NCBI GenBank assembly: GCA_964513715.1
Contig: CAZEOP010000001.1
Location: forward strand, 1 to 60,844
DNA from: an uncultured Gordonia sp.
GTDB lineage: Bacteria > Actinomycetota > Actinomycetes > Mycobacteriales > Mycobacteriaceae
DNA length: 60,844 nt
Direction of reading: 5' to 3'
Shown here: one piece after another, positions 32,363 through 41,387 of the stretch
How the letters are laid out: every line of letters begins with the position of its first letter
Position numbering within the stretch: the first letter of the stretch is position 1
The notes under the pieces: generated by a model
What the model was told of the DNA's origin: nothing
Seen by the model: the letters and a program-made list of their open reading frames with translations, nothing else
The model's database searches: none
Program-made: the position numbers and the translations under genes

Positions 32363-32386
32363 CCCCTTCGGTGGGGCTCAGGGGGG

Positions 32387-33409
32387 TCAGGCGAGCATGT
32401 CCTTGACCATCGGCACCACCTTCTCGCCGTACAACTGCACCGACCGGTGCTGGGCGGCGTGCGAGACGGGCTGGTCGTACTTGAAGTCGAAGCGGTTCAC
32501 CGGCAGCGTCCGCAGGGTGCGGGCGATCTTGGTGGCGACCGTCTCCGGGGAGCCCAGGTACAGCGAGCCGTGGGCGATCTCGTTCTCGAATTCGCCGGGC
32601 CGCGGCGGTCCCCAGCCGCGCTCGGCGCCGAGCCGGGTGCGGAAGGCCAGCCAGCCGTCGTAGACGATCTCCCGGGCCTGCTCGTCGGTCTCGGCCACCA
32701 GGCCGGGGGAGTGCACGGCGATCGGGGCCCGCGGCACCTCGAACTGATCCTGGGCCCGCTCGAACAGGTCGATGTAGCCGGCGAACCGGGCCGGATCACC
32801 GCCGATGATCGCCAGGAACAGGCCGAAGCCGTACTTGGCGGTGCGCACCACCGACTCGGGCGTGCCGCCGACGCCCACCCACACCGGCAGCGTGGCCGCA
32901 GTGGTGGGGAAGACGCGCTGATCGGTCAGCGGGGCGCGGGTGGTGCCGCTCCAGGTGACCGGTTCCTGTTCGATCAGCCGCGACAGCAGGTCGAGCTTCT
33001 CCTCGAACAGGACGTCGTAGTCGGCCAGGTCGTAGCCGAAGAGCGGGAACGATTCGATGAAGGAGCCGCGGCCGGCGACGATCTCGGCCCGCCCACCGGA
33101 GACGGCGTCGAGGGTGGCGAAGCGTTCCACCACGCGCACCGGATCGTCCGAGCTGAGCACGGTGACCGCCGAGCCCAGGCGCAGCCGGGAGGTCTTCCCG
33201 GCGATGGCGGCCAGCACCATCTCGGGGCTGGAGACCGCGAAGTCGGGACGGTGATGCTCGCCGATGCCGAAGAAGTCCAGGCCCAGCTCGTCGGCGAGCA
33301 CCGCGTCGTCGACCAGGTCGGTGATCACCTGCGGGTGGTCCACCGCCCGTCCCTGTTCGTCCGTGGTGACGCCGCCGAAGGTGTCCAATCCGAATTCGAT
33401 GTCGCTCAT
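32387..33409 (-). CDS. LLM class flavin-dependent oxidoreductase
   Basis: FGIGEHHR, LGSAVTVLSSDDPVRV, GRGSFIESFPLFG. Confidence 0.93.
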   Translation of the reverse strand: MSDIEFGLDTFGGVTTDEQGRAVDHPQVITDLVDDAVLADELGLDFFGIGEHHRPDFAVSSPEMVLAAIAGKTSRLRLGSAVTVLSSDDPVRVVERFATLDAVSGGRAEIVAGRGSFIESFPLFGYDLADYDVLFEEKLDLLSRLIEQEPVTWSGTTRAPLTDQRVFPTTAATLPVWVGVGGTPESVVRTAKYGFGLFLAIIGGDPARFAGYIDLFERAQDQFEVPRAPIAVHSPGLVAETDEQAREIVYDGWLAFRTRLGAERGWGPPRPGEFENEIAHGSLYLGSPETVATKIARTLRTLPVNRFDFKYDQPVSHAAQHRSVQLYGEKVVPMVKDMLA

Positions 33410-33494
33410 ACCCCGAGTCAAGCACGGACCGCGGTCCGGTTATTCCCGGGGGATTGTGCGCTGGGATCACCGGATGTCGGGATACCATCAGCCC

Positions 33495-33655
33495 GACGCT
33501 GCGGTGTTCGGGAAGACCGGTGGAAATCCGGCGCGGTTCTCGCCACTGTGAGCAGGTCCGGCGACGGCTTCGGGGGCGAACCCCGGCCACTGGGTGCACT
33601 GCCCGGGAAGGTGTCGTCGCCGGTGGACCCTGCGAAGCCAGGAGACCGGCCGTGG
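33495..33655 (+). promoter_or_regulatory. Cobalamin riboswitch
   Basis: GGGAAGACCGGTGGAAATCCGGCGCGG..CGCCACTGTGA...GCCACTGGG..GGGAAGG...AAGCCAGGAGACCGGCC; TACCAT -10 at 33483. Confidence 0.9.
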
Positions 33656-33696
33656 CGCATCACCTAGATTCCACGAGAATGGAAGGCGGGTAGCCC

Positions 33697-34659
33697 GTGC
33701 GCACCCTGTCCACCGTCGCCGCCGTCGTCACGGCCGCGACGCTTGCCCTGTCCCTGTCGGCTTGCGGTACCGACGATGCGGCGCCCGGCGGCGCGATCAG
33801 CCTGCAGAACTGCGGGCGCACCGTCACCCTCGACGCCCCGGCCACCCGGGCGGTGACCGTCAATCAGGGCGCCACCGAATCGGCGCTGGCCATCGGCGCC
33901 GGCGGCGACCTGGTCGGCACCGCCTACCTCGACGACGCGATCGCCCCCAGGCTCAAGGCCGCGTACGACGCCGTGCCCGTCCTCGCGGAGAAGTACCCGG
34001 ACCTGGAGACGGTGCTGGCGGCCAAGCCCGACCTGGTGGCTGCCTCGTACTCATCGGCCTTCGGCGAGAAGGGCATCGGCTCGCGCGACGAACTCGCCGG
34101 CCTGGGTATCGCCACCTATGTCTCGCCGTTCGGCTGCGAGAACAAGGCCGACCGTCCGGCGGCCTCCTGGGATGCGATCGCCGGGGAGGTGTCCGACTAC
34201 GGCACGCTGTTCGGCCGCACCTCCGACGCCGACGCGGTGAACGCGCAGATGCGCTCGACGCTCGAGGGGCTCAAGCACGACGACCACGGCCGGGACGTCC
34301 GGATCTTCTGGTGGGACAACGGCACCGACACCCCGTCGGCCGGCGCGGGACAGGGCGGACCGCAACTCATCATGGACGCGGTCGGCGCCACCAACGTCTT
34401 CGCCGACTTGCCCGGCAACTGGGCCGACGCCAGCTGGGAGCAGGTGGTCGCGGCCGACCCCGACGTGATCGTGCTGATCGACGCCGCCTTCTCCTCGGCC
34501 GAGTCCAAGAAGGCCTACCTGGAAGCCGATCCGGTGCTGCGGAACCTGACCGCCGTGCGCAAGCAGGCCTTCGTCACGGTGCCCTTCTCCGAGTCGACGC
34601 CGGGTGCGCGGACCATCGACGGCGCCGTGACCCTGTCGGACTACCTGGGGAAGCGCTGA
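33697..34659 (+). CDS. ABC substrate-binding lipoprotein (cobalamin/iron-siderophore type)
   Basis: Lipobox LSAC; NCGRTVT, ETVLAAKPDLV, SWEQVVAADPDVIVL. Confidence 0.88.
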   Translation: MRTLSTVAAVVTAATLALSLSACGTDDAAPGGAISLQNCGRTVTLDAPATRAVTVNQGATESALAIGAGGDLVGTAYLDDAIAPRLKAAYDAVPVLAEKYPDLETVLAAKPDLVAASYSSAFGEKGIGSRDELAGLGIATYVSPFGCENKADRPAASWDAIAGEVSDYGTLFGRTSDADAVNAQMRSTLEGLKHDDHGRDVRIFWWDNGTDTPSAGAGQGGPQLIMDAVGATNVFADLPGNWADASWEQVVAADPDVIVLIDAAFSSAESKKAYLEADPVLRNLTAVRKQAFVTVPFSESTPGARTIDGAVTLSDYLGKR

Positions 34660-35705
34660 ACCTTCGGCGGCGCGCGGCCGACCCCGGCGGCCTGACACTG
34701 CTGATCGTGGTGCTCGCCGCGCTGCTGGTGCTGAGCCTGGCGGTGGGCGTCGCGACCGGCTCGGTGGGCCTGGGCCTGGGCGAGGTCTTCCGGGCAATCG
34801 GTTCCCGGCTCGGGCTGACCGGCGGCGTCGATCAGGCCACCGAGCACATCGTGGTGAATCTGCGGATGCCGCGCGTGGTCACGGCGGCCGCGGTCGGTGC
34901 CGGCCTGGCGGTCTGCGGCGCGGTGCTGCAGTCGCTCACCGGCAACGTCCTGGCCGACCCGTACCTGCTGGGCATGTCGTCGGGCGCCTCGGTCGGCGCG
35001 GTGCTGGTGATCACCACGGGCCTCGGCGCCGGTCTGACCGCCGGCATCGGCGCGGTCTCCGTGGCGGCCTTCCTCGGCGCACTCGGCGCGCTGGCCCTGG
35101 TCTTCGCCATCGCCACCACCCGCACCGGAGCCCTGCTGCCGACCCGGCTCATTCTGGCGGGCGTGGCGGTGGCCCAGGGCGGCGCGGCGATCACCTCGGC
35201 GATCATCTACTTCGGCGACCGCGACGTGGCGGCCGTGGTGCTGCGCTGGACGCTGGGCTCGGTGGCCGGGGCACGCTGGCCGTCCACCGTGGTGGTCGTC
35301 GCGGCGGTGCTGCTGACCCTCGCGCTGGTGTGGACGTACGCGCGCACACTCGACGCCTTCACCTTCGGCGACCGCGCGGCGGCCGGGCTGGGCGTGCCCG
35401 TCACCGCGACCCGCTGGATCCTCTACCTCGCGGTCTCGATCTGCACCGCGGTCATCGTCGCGCAGACCGGCATCATCGGTTTCGTCGGCCTGGTGATTCC
35501 GCACCTGGCGCGGTTCGCGGTCGGACCCTTGCACCGGGTGCTGCTGCCGATCACCGCGCTGGTCGGCGCGCTGCTGCTGGTGTGGGCCGACATCGCCGCG
35601 CGCACGGTGCTGACCGCCCGCGAACTGCCGCTCGGACTGGTCACCGCCATCATCGGCGTGCCGGTGTTCGTGGTGATCCTGCGCCGGCACGGGGCCGCGG
35701 CATGA
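34656..35705 (+). CDS. FecCD/BtuC-type ABC permease (start uncertain, possibly CTG)
   Basis: LRMPRVV, GNVLADPYLLGMSSGA, GIIGFVGLVIPHLAR, ELPLGLVTAIIGVP. Confidence 0.88.
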   Translation: MNLRRRAADPGGLTLLIVVLAALLVLSLAVGVATGSVGLGLGEVFRAIGSRLGLTGGVDQATEHIVVNLRMPRVVTAAAVGAGLAVCGAVLQSLTGNVLADPYLLGMSSGASVGAVLVITTGLGAGLTAGIGAVSVAAFLGALGALALVFAIATTRTGALLPTRLILAGVAVAQGGAAITSAIIYFGDRDVAAVVLRWTLGSVAGARWPSTVVVVAAVLLTLALVWTYARTLDAFTFGDRAAAGLGVPVTATRWILYLAVSICTAVIVAQTGIIGFVGLVIPHLARFAVGPLHRVLLPITALVGALLLVWADIAARTVLTARELPLGLVTAIIGVPVFVVILRRHGAAA

Positions 35706-36556
35706 GCGGGCCCGTGCCCAGCGGTGCCCCGTCGAGCAGTGCCCCGTCGAGCAGTGCCCCCGCGATCGGCGCCCCGGCGATCGAGGTGGCCGGCGTCGGC
35801 GTGCGGATCGGCGGCACCCCGATCCTGGACGACGTGACCGCGACGATCCCGGCGGGCCGATTCACCGGGGTCATCGGGCCCAACGGCTCGGGCAAGTCGA
35901 CGCTGCTGGCGACCATCGCGCGCTGGCTCCGGCCGGCGACCGGGCGGGTCCTGCTGGACGGGACCCCGGTGGGCGAGTACTCGCGCCGCGAGTTCGCGCG
36001 GGTGCTGGCGACCGTCGAGCAGCACTCGGTGACCGAGGCCGACCTGTCGATCGCCCAGATCGTCGACCTGGGCACCATCCCGCACGCCGGCGGGCGCCTG
36101 CGCCGCACCGACACCCGCGTCGTGGTCGACGCCGCCCTGGAGACGATGGGCCTGAGCGAGCTGCGTGAGCGGACCTGGCAGTCGCTCTCGGGCGGCGAGC
36201 GGCAGAAGACGCAGCTGGCCCGGGCGCTGGCGCAACAGCCCCGGGTGCTGGTGCTGGACGAGCCGACCAACCACCTCGACGTGGCCGCGGCGCTGGGCCT
36301 GCTGGAACTACTGCGCGAGCTGCCGGTCACCACGGTGGCCGCCCTGCACGACCTCCCGCTGGCGGGCCTGTACTGCGATCACCTGCTGGTGCTGGCCGGC
36401 GGCCGGCTCGTCGCCCAGGGGCCGCCGGACGAGGTGCTCACCGCCGACCTGCTGGCCGAGGTGTACGGCCTGGACGCGCAGGTGCTGCCGCACCCGCGCA
36501 GCGGCGCGCCGATGGTGGTGCTCAACGGCGTGCACCCCGATCGGGGGCGACGATGA
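35702..36556 (+). CDS. ABC ATP-binding subunit
   Basis: GPNGSGKS, LSGGERQK, LDEPTNHLD, LHDL; ATGA overlap. Confidence 0.92.
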   Translation: MSGPVPSGAPSSSAPSSSAPAIGAPAIEVAGVGVRIGGTPILDDVTATIPAGRFTGVIGPNGSGKSTLLATIARWLRPATGRVLLDGTPVGEYSRREFARVLATVEQHSVTEADLSIAQIVDLGTIPHAGGRLRRTDTRVVVDAALETMGLSELRERTWQSLSGGERQKTQLARALAQQPRVLVLDEPTNHLDVAAALGLLELLRELPVTTVAALHDLPLAGLYCDHLLVLAGGRLVAQGPPDEVLTADLLAEVYGLDAQVLPHPRSGAPMVVLNGVHPDRGRR

Positions 36557-37338
36557 CGGCCGACTGGGTGATCATCACCGCGCCCACCGATCGCGGGGGA
36601 CTGCCCGCCCGCACGCTGCGGCGGGCCGTCGACGCGCTGGAGGGCGCCCGAGCGGGCCTGCGCGTCCGGATCGCGGTGCTCGGCGGCTCGGACACCCCGA
36701 TCACCGAGGCACTCGACGAGGCCGCGGACGGCGGAGCGCGGTGCGTGCTGCTGGTCAGCGGGCAGACACTCGGCGACGCGAAACAGGACGCGTGGCTGGC
36801 CCGGATCACCGGGCACTGGCTGCGCGCCCGGCCCGGCGGTGCACCCACCCCGCAGGTGCGGATCGCACCGCTGCTGACCGAGCACGACGACTTCGTCGCG
36901 CTGCTGGATGCGGCCATCGCCCGCGGCGGGGAGCCGGCCCGCACCACCACCGCGCCGATACTGTCCCCGGCCTGGGACGAGGTACCCGGATTCGCTCGTC
37001 ACGTCCTGGTCTGTCGCGGCCCGCGGTGCAGCGTCGAGGGCGCTCGGGAGAGTTCCGCGGCGCTCGCGCAGGCGCTGGACGCGCGCGGCCTCGGCGACGA
37101 CCGGGTGCTGCAGACCGTGACCGGCTGCCTCTTCCCGTGCGGGCTGGCCCCGGTGATGGCGGTGTACCCCGACGGGATCTGGTACGCGCAGATGCGACCG
37201 GAGCGAGTGGAGCGGCTGGTCGACGCGCACCTGGCCGGTGGCGAACCGGTGACCGAGTGGATCGCCCGGGACTGCGGGGATCGGGACTGCGGGGATCGGG
37301 ACTGCGGGGATCGGGATTCGCCGGCCGGGAGCCGCTGA
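36553..37338 (+). CDS. CbiX-like N-terminal domain fused to a thioredoxin-like [2Fe-2S] ferredoxin
   Basis: C-terminal HVLVCRGPRC...TGCLFPCGLAPVMAVYPDGIWY; N-terminal P..TEALDE...VLLV resembles chelatase half-domain. Confidence 0.7.
   Translation: MTADWVIITAPTDRGGLPARTLRRAVDALEGARAGLRVRIAVLGGSDTPITEALDEAADGGARCVLLVSGQTLGDAKQDAWLARITGHWLRARPGGAPTPQVRIAPLLTEHDDFVALLDAAIARGGEPARTTTAPILSPAWDEVPGFARHVLVCRGPRCSVEGARESSAALAQALDARGLGDDRVLQTVTGCLFPCGLAPVMAVYPDGIWYAQMRPERVERLVDAHLAGGEPVTEWIARDCGDRDCGDRDCGDRDSPAGSR
37268..37317 (+). repeat. 15-bp tandem repeat x3 (RDCGD)
   Basis: GGGACTGCGGGGATC repeated three times. Confidence 0.85.
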
Positions 37339-37385
37339 TTCGGCGTCCGGCCGGGCCCGCGCCGCGAAGGTGTGATGATGCGAGG

Positions 37386-38213
37386 GTGCCCGACAACGAT
37401 TTCGACCTGACCGTCCTGCCCGACAACGTGCGCCTGGTGGTGTGCGACATGGACGGCACCCTGCTGACCGAGGACGGGCGCGTGCCCGACGGCTTCTGGC
37501 CGCTGCTGGCGGAGTTGCGGGCCCGCGACATCATGTTCGTCCCGGCCAGCGGCCGCCAGTTCGACACCCTCGAGCAGCTCTTCGACGACGTCCCCGGCGG
37601 AATCTCGTACATCGCCGAGAACGGCAACCTGGTGGTGCACGACGGCGACCGCGTCGTCACCGCACCCTTCGACCGTGAGCTGGCCCACGAGGTGATCGGC
37701 ACGGTCCGCAGCGTCGACCGCGACCTCGGGCTGGTGGTGTGCGGGCTGTCCGGCGGCTTCGTCGAACGCGGCGACCTGCCCTTCCTGAACGAGTCCGACA
37801 AGTACTACCTGCGGCTGTCGCAGGTGGACGATCTGCTGGCCGTGGACGACGAACTGCTCAAGCTCGCGGTCTTCGACTTCACCGACGCGGTGGGTGCGCG
37901 CCCGCACTTCGACCCGTTCGCCGACCGGTGCCAGGTGGTGGTCTCGGGCGCGCACTGGATCGACCTGATGGCCCCGGGCGTGGACAAGGGCGTCGGGGTG
38001 CGCCGGCTGCAGAACGACCTGGGCATCACCGCCGCGCAGACGGTGGTCTTCGGCGACTACCTCAACGACCTGGAGATGCTGGATGCCGGCGACTGGTCGT
38101 TCGCGATGGCCAACGCCCACCCGCAGGTGCGCGAGCGGGCCCGCTTCCGGGCGCCCAGCAACGCCGATCGGGGCGTGCTCGCGGTGCTCGAATCGTTCCT
38201 GGCGCGCGCATGA
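37386..38213 (+). CDS. Cof-type HAD-IIB hydrolase
   Basis: CDMDGTLL, ASGR, DKGVG, FGDYLNDLEML, AMANA. Confidence 0.93.
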   Translation: MPDNDFDLTVLPDNVRLVVCDMDGTLLTEDGRVPDGFWPLLAELRARDIMFVPASGRQFDTLEQLFDDVPGGISYIAENGNLVVHDGDRVVTAPFDRELAHEVIGTVRSVDRDLGLVVCGLSGGFVERGDLPFLNESDKYYLRLSQVDDLLAVDDELLKLAVFDFTDAVGARPHFDPFADRCQVVVSGAHWIDLMAPGVDKGVGVRRLQNDLGITAAQTVVFGDYLNDLEMLDAGDWSFAMANAHPQVRERARFRAPSNADRGVLAVLESFLARA

Positions 38214-39355
38214 GCGGGCGGCTGCCGATCGGCCGGCGCTACGGCAGCGACGAGCCGGCCCATCTGCTGGCGCCGCGGCTGAACCGGCACACCTTCTGGT
38301 GCGGGCAGAGCGGCTCGGGCAAGACCTACGCGCTGGGCGTGCTGCTGGAACAGGTGCTGCTGCACACCCGGCTGCCGGTGGTGGTCCTGGATCCGAACGC
38401 CGACTTCGTCCGGCTCGGGGAACTGCGCGACGATGCCGCGGGCACGGCGGCGGCCGAGCTGGCCTCGCGCGACATCGTGGTGGCCCGCAGCACCGACGGT
38501 GCCGGGGACCGGCTGCGGGTGCGCTTCCTGGACATGGATCTGCGGTCCCGGGCGGCGGTGATGCAGATCGATCCGATCGCCGACCCGGAGGACTTCAACG
38601 CGATGCTGCGCGCCGAGGAGAAGCTCCGCGGCGCGATGAACGTGATCGGTCTGATCCCGGGCGCCGGGGCCGTGGCGCCCGGTTTGCGCGGCTCGCTGGT
38701 GCCGTGGCTGCGCGCCCAGGACGACCCGGCCTTCGCCCGGCTGGCCCTCCGGCTGGAGAACCTCGGCGTGGCCGACTGGGACCTGTGGGCATTCGGCGAC
38801 ACCGCGATCACCGACGTGATCGACGAGCGCCACGACGCCACCGTCGTCGACCTGGCCGGCTTCGACACCGCGGCCCAGTCGCGGGCGGCCGCGCTGGCCG
38901 TCCTGGATCACCTGTGGGCGCGGCGCTTCGACCGCGTGGGCCGGCTGATCGTGATCGACGAGGCGCACAATCTGTGCCCGCCCGACCCGGCGACGCCGGT
39001 TCAGCGGCTGCTGACCGAGCGGATCGTGCAGATCGCCGCCGAGGGCCGCAAGTACGGGCTGTGGCTGCTGATGTCGACGCAGCGACCGTCGAAGGTGCAC
39101 CCGAATGCGCTCTCGCAGTGCGACAACCTGGGTCTGATGAAGATGAGTTCGCCGCGCGATCTGGCCGAGCTCGGCGCGGTCTTCGGCTACGCACCGCAGG
39201 AGCTGCTGGCGCAGGCGACCGGCTTCGCGCAGGGGCAGGTGCTCTTCGCGGGCGGTTTCGCCGGTGAACCCGGCCTGGTGCAGGTGGGTGCCCGGCTCAC
39301 CCGCGAGGGCGGCTCGGACGTGCCGATCGAACTGCGCAAGCCGACCGTGCAGTAG
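38210..39355 (+). CDS. HerA/FtsK-superfamily (DUF87-like) ATPase
   Basis: HTFWCGQSGSGKT, VLDPNADF, IVIDEAHN, AEGRKYG, STQRPS, SQCDN; ATGA overlap with the HAD gene. Confidence 0.85.
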   Translation: MSGRLPIGRRYGSDEPAHLLAPRLNRHTFWCGQSGSGKTYALGVLLEQVLLHTRLPVVVLDPNADFVRLGELRDDAAGTAAAELASRDIVVARSTDGAGDRLRVRFLDMDLRSRAAVMQIDPIADPEDFNAMLRAEEKLRGAMNVIGLIPGAGAVAPGLRGSLVPWLRAQDDPAFARLALRLENLGVADWDLWAFGDTAITDVIDERHDATVVDLAGFDTAAQSRAAALAVLDHLWARRFDRVGRLIVIDEAHNLCPPDPATPVQRLLTERIVQIAAEGRKYGLWLLMSTQRPSKVHPNALSQCDNLGLMKMSSPRDLAELGAVFGYAPQELLAQATGFAQGQVLFAGGFAGEPGLVQVGARLTREGGSDVPIELRKPTVQ

Positions 39356-39370
39356 CTGCCGCCGCCGGGG

Positions 39371-40618
39371 TCAGCGCTTCGCGGCCGGTACCGGGGTGAA
39401 GCGGTCGGTGATGCCGCCCTTCAGCGCCGGCGAGATCTCGTTGAGGAAGCCGAGCACCGCGGTCCGCTGGGCACCGGTGTACGGGGTGGGGACGTAGTCG
39501 TTGTAGTCCTCGGTGCTCGACAGCCGCGTCGGGATCATCCGGTAGTCCACGCCGGTCACCCGCCCGTCGCGCACGGCCACCCGGGTCTGCAGGATCGCCG
39601 TTCGTTTGTCCGACGGATTCGTATTGCCGCCGAAGGCGAAATTGCCCAGCGAGTAGGCGATCAGCTTGCCCTTGTAGACGTCCATCGACTGCAGGACGTG
39701 CGGGTGCGTGCCGATCACCGCGTCCGCGCCGGCGTCGATCGCGACCCGGGCCAGATCGCGCTGGACCTCGTAGGGCTCGTGCACGGCCTCGATGCCCCAG
39801 TGGAAGTAGGGGATCACCACGGCGGCGCCGCGCTGGCGCAGGCTCGCGATGTCGGACCGGATCTTCGTGCGGATCTGCGGGGTGTCCAGCCAGGTCTGGT
39901 AGCTGACCAGCCCCACCCCGATGCCGTTGACGTCCCGCACCAGCGAGTAGTCGTAGTCGGAGCCGTCGTAGCCCGGATTGCCGAAGCCGACGTATTCCAG
40001 GCCGGCCTTCTTCAGCGCACCGACGGTGTCCCGGAAGCCCGGGCGCAGGTAGTCCCAGGTGTGGTTGTTGGCGATGGTCACCACGTCGATGCCGCCGGCC
40101 GGCAGCGTCTGGGCCAGCGCGGTCTCACCGGAGAAGTGGTAGTACTCGTCGCCCTCCTTCGGCCGCGGCGGCAGGGTGCGGTCGGTCAGTACCGTCTCGA
40201 AGTTGGCGACGGTCAGGTCGTCGGCGTCGAAGTAGCGCTTGACGTTCTGGAAGAAGTAGCCGGGATCCCGACCGCTGCGCTCCCAGGCCGCGGGCAGGGT
40301 GAGACCGCCGAACTTCGGGTCGGTGCCCAGGATGTTGTCGCCGGCCCAGCTGATCGTGATGGTGCGCGACGTTCCGGGTGCGGGTGCGGCCGACGAGGCG
40401 CCCGGCCCGGACGCCGTCGCCGCGGCCGGCGAAGTGGCCGGCGAAGCGGCCGGGCCGGAGACGGTGGCGGACGGCGCTGCCGACTCGGATGCGGACGTGC
40501 ACGCCGTCGCCGTCAGCACGGCGGCGCAGCCGAGGGCGCCGGCCCGCGCGAGGGCGCCGGCGCGTGATCGGCGCGCGCGAAGCGGCCGGTGGGCACGGAT
40601 CAGAGGGGGTCGTCGCAC
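39371..40618 (-). CDS. CapA/PGA_cap metallophosphatase-family lipoprotein
   Basis: AGDNIL, ANFET, ANNHTWDY, HWGIE, GTHPHVLQ, YSLGNF. Confidence 0.9.
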   Translation of the reverse strand: MRRPPLIRAHRPLRARRSRAGALARAGALGCAAVLTATACTSASESAAPSATVSGPAASPATSPAAATASGPGASSAAPAPGTSRTITISWAGDNILGTDPKFGGLTLPAAWERSGRDPGYFFQNVKRYFDADDLTVANFETVLTDRTLPPRPKEGDEYYHFSGETALAQTLPAGGIDVVTIANNHTWDYLRPGFRDTVGALKKAGLEYVGFGNPGYDGSDYDYSLVRDVNGIGVGLVSYQTWLDTPQIRTKIRSDIASLRQRGAAVVIPYFHWGIEAVHEPYEVQRDLARVAIDAGADAVIGTHPHVLQSMDVYKGKLIAYSLGNFAFGGNTNPSDKRTAILQTRVAVRDGRVTGVDYRMIPTRLSSTEDYNDYVPTPYTGAQRTAVLGFLNEISPALKGGITDRFTPVPAAKR

Positions 40619-40685
40619 CTGGTGGATGCAAGCTCACTGCGCGGCGCGGTGCAAGCCCGTCGGGTGCGAGAATGGCGGAGTGAAG

Positions 40686-41378
40686 ATGATCGCGGGGCGG
40701 GAGGTGGCGCTGGCGGTGGTGCTGTCGGCCGTCGCCGGTTACCTCGATGCCGTCGGCTATGTGGTGCTCGGCGGCTTCTTCGTCTCGTTCATGAGCGGCA
40801 ACACCACCGAACTGGCCACCCACCTGGGCGCGGGACTGTGGTCGGTGGCGGGTTTCGCGGGGATCCTGATCGGCGCCTTCTTCGGCGGGGCGGTGCTCGG
40901 CGCCGTGCTGGCCCGGCTGCGCGACGGCCGTACGACGGTGCTCGCCTGCACCACGGCGCTGGTCGCGGCGACCTCGCTGGCGGCGAGCCTCACCGCATCG
41001 ACGGTGCCCACGATGATCGGACTGCCGTTGGCGATGGGTGTGGTCAACGCGACCTTCCTGAGTTCGGGGGAGGCCAGCATCGGCCTGACGTACATGACCG
41101 GTGCGCTGGTGAAGGCCGGGCAGCGGCTGGTCGACGCCTTCCACGGCGGTCCGCGGATGCTGTGGCTGCGGCATCTGTCGCTGTGGACCTCGCTGTTGAC
41201 CGGCGGCGTGCTGGGTGCGGTGGCGCTGCACCAGACCCGGCTGGCCGTCGCCCTGTGGATCGTCACCGGGCTGCTTGCGCTCATCACCGCGGTGGTGGCG
41301 ATTGATCGGCGACGGCGCGGGGTCTACGGCGTCGCGGGGCGGCGCACCGAGATTCGCGTCCTCGGTCCGTTGTCCTAG
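40686..41378 (+). CDS. YoaK/DUF1275 membrane protein
   Basis: AGYLDAVGY, FVSFMSGNTT, AMGVVNA, TYMTGALV. Confidence 0.88.
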   Translation: MIAGREVALAVVLSAVAGYLDAVGYVVLGGFFVSFMSGNTTELATHLGAGLWSVAGFAGILIGAFFGGAVLGAVLARLRDGRTTVLACTTALVAATSLAASLTASTVPTMIGLPLAMGVVNATFLSSGEASIGLTYMTGALVKAGQRLVDAFHGGPRMLWLRHLSLWTSLLTGGVLGAVALHQTRLAVALWIVTGLLALITAVVAIDRRRRGVYGVAGRRTEIRVLGPLS

Positions 41379-41387
41379 GCTGACGTG

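Noticed and set aside
36165-38213. 682-aa ORF suggesting a large HAD fusion
   Set aside because: The upstream part is an alternative frame of the ABC ATPase and ferredoxin genes; the HAD begins at GTG 37386
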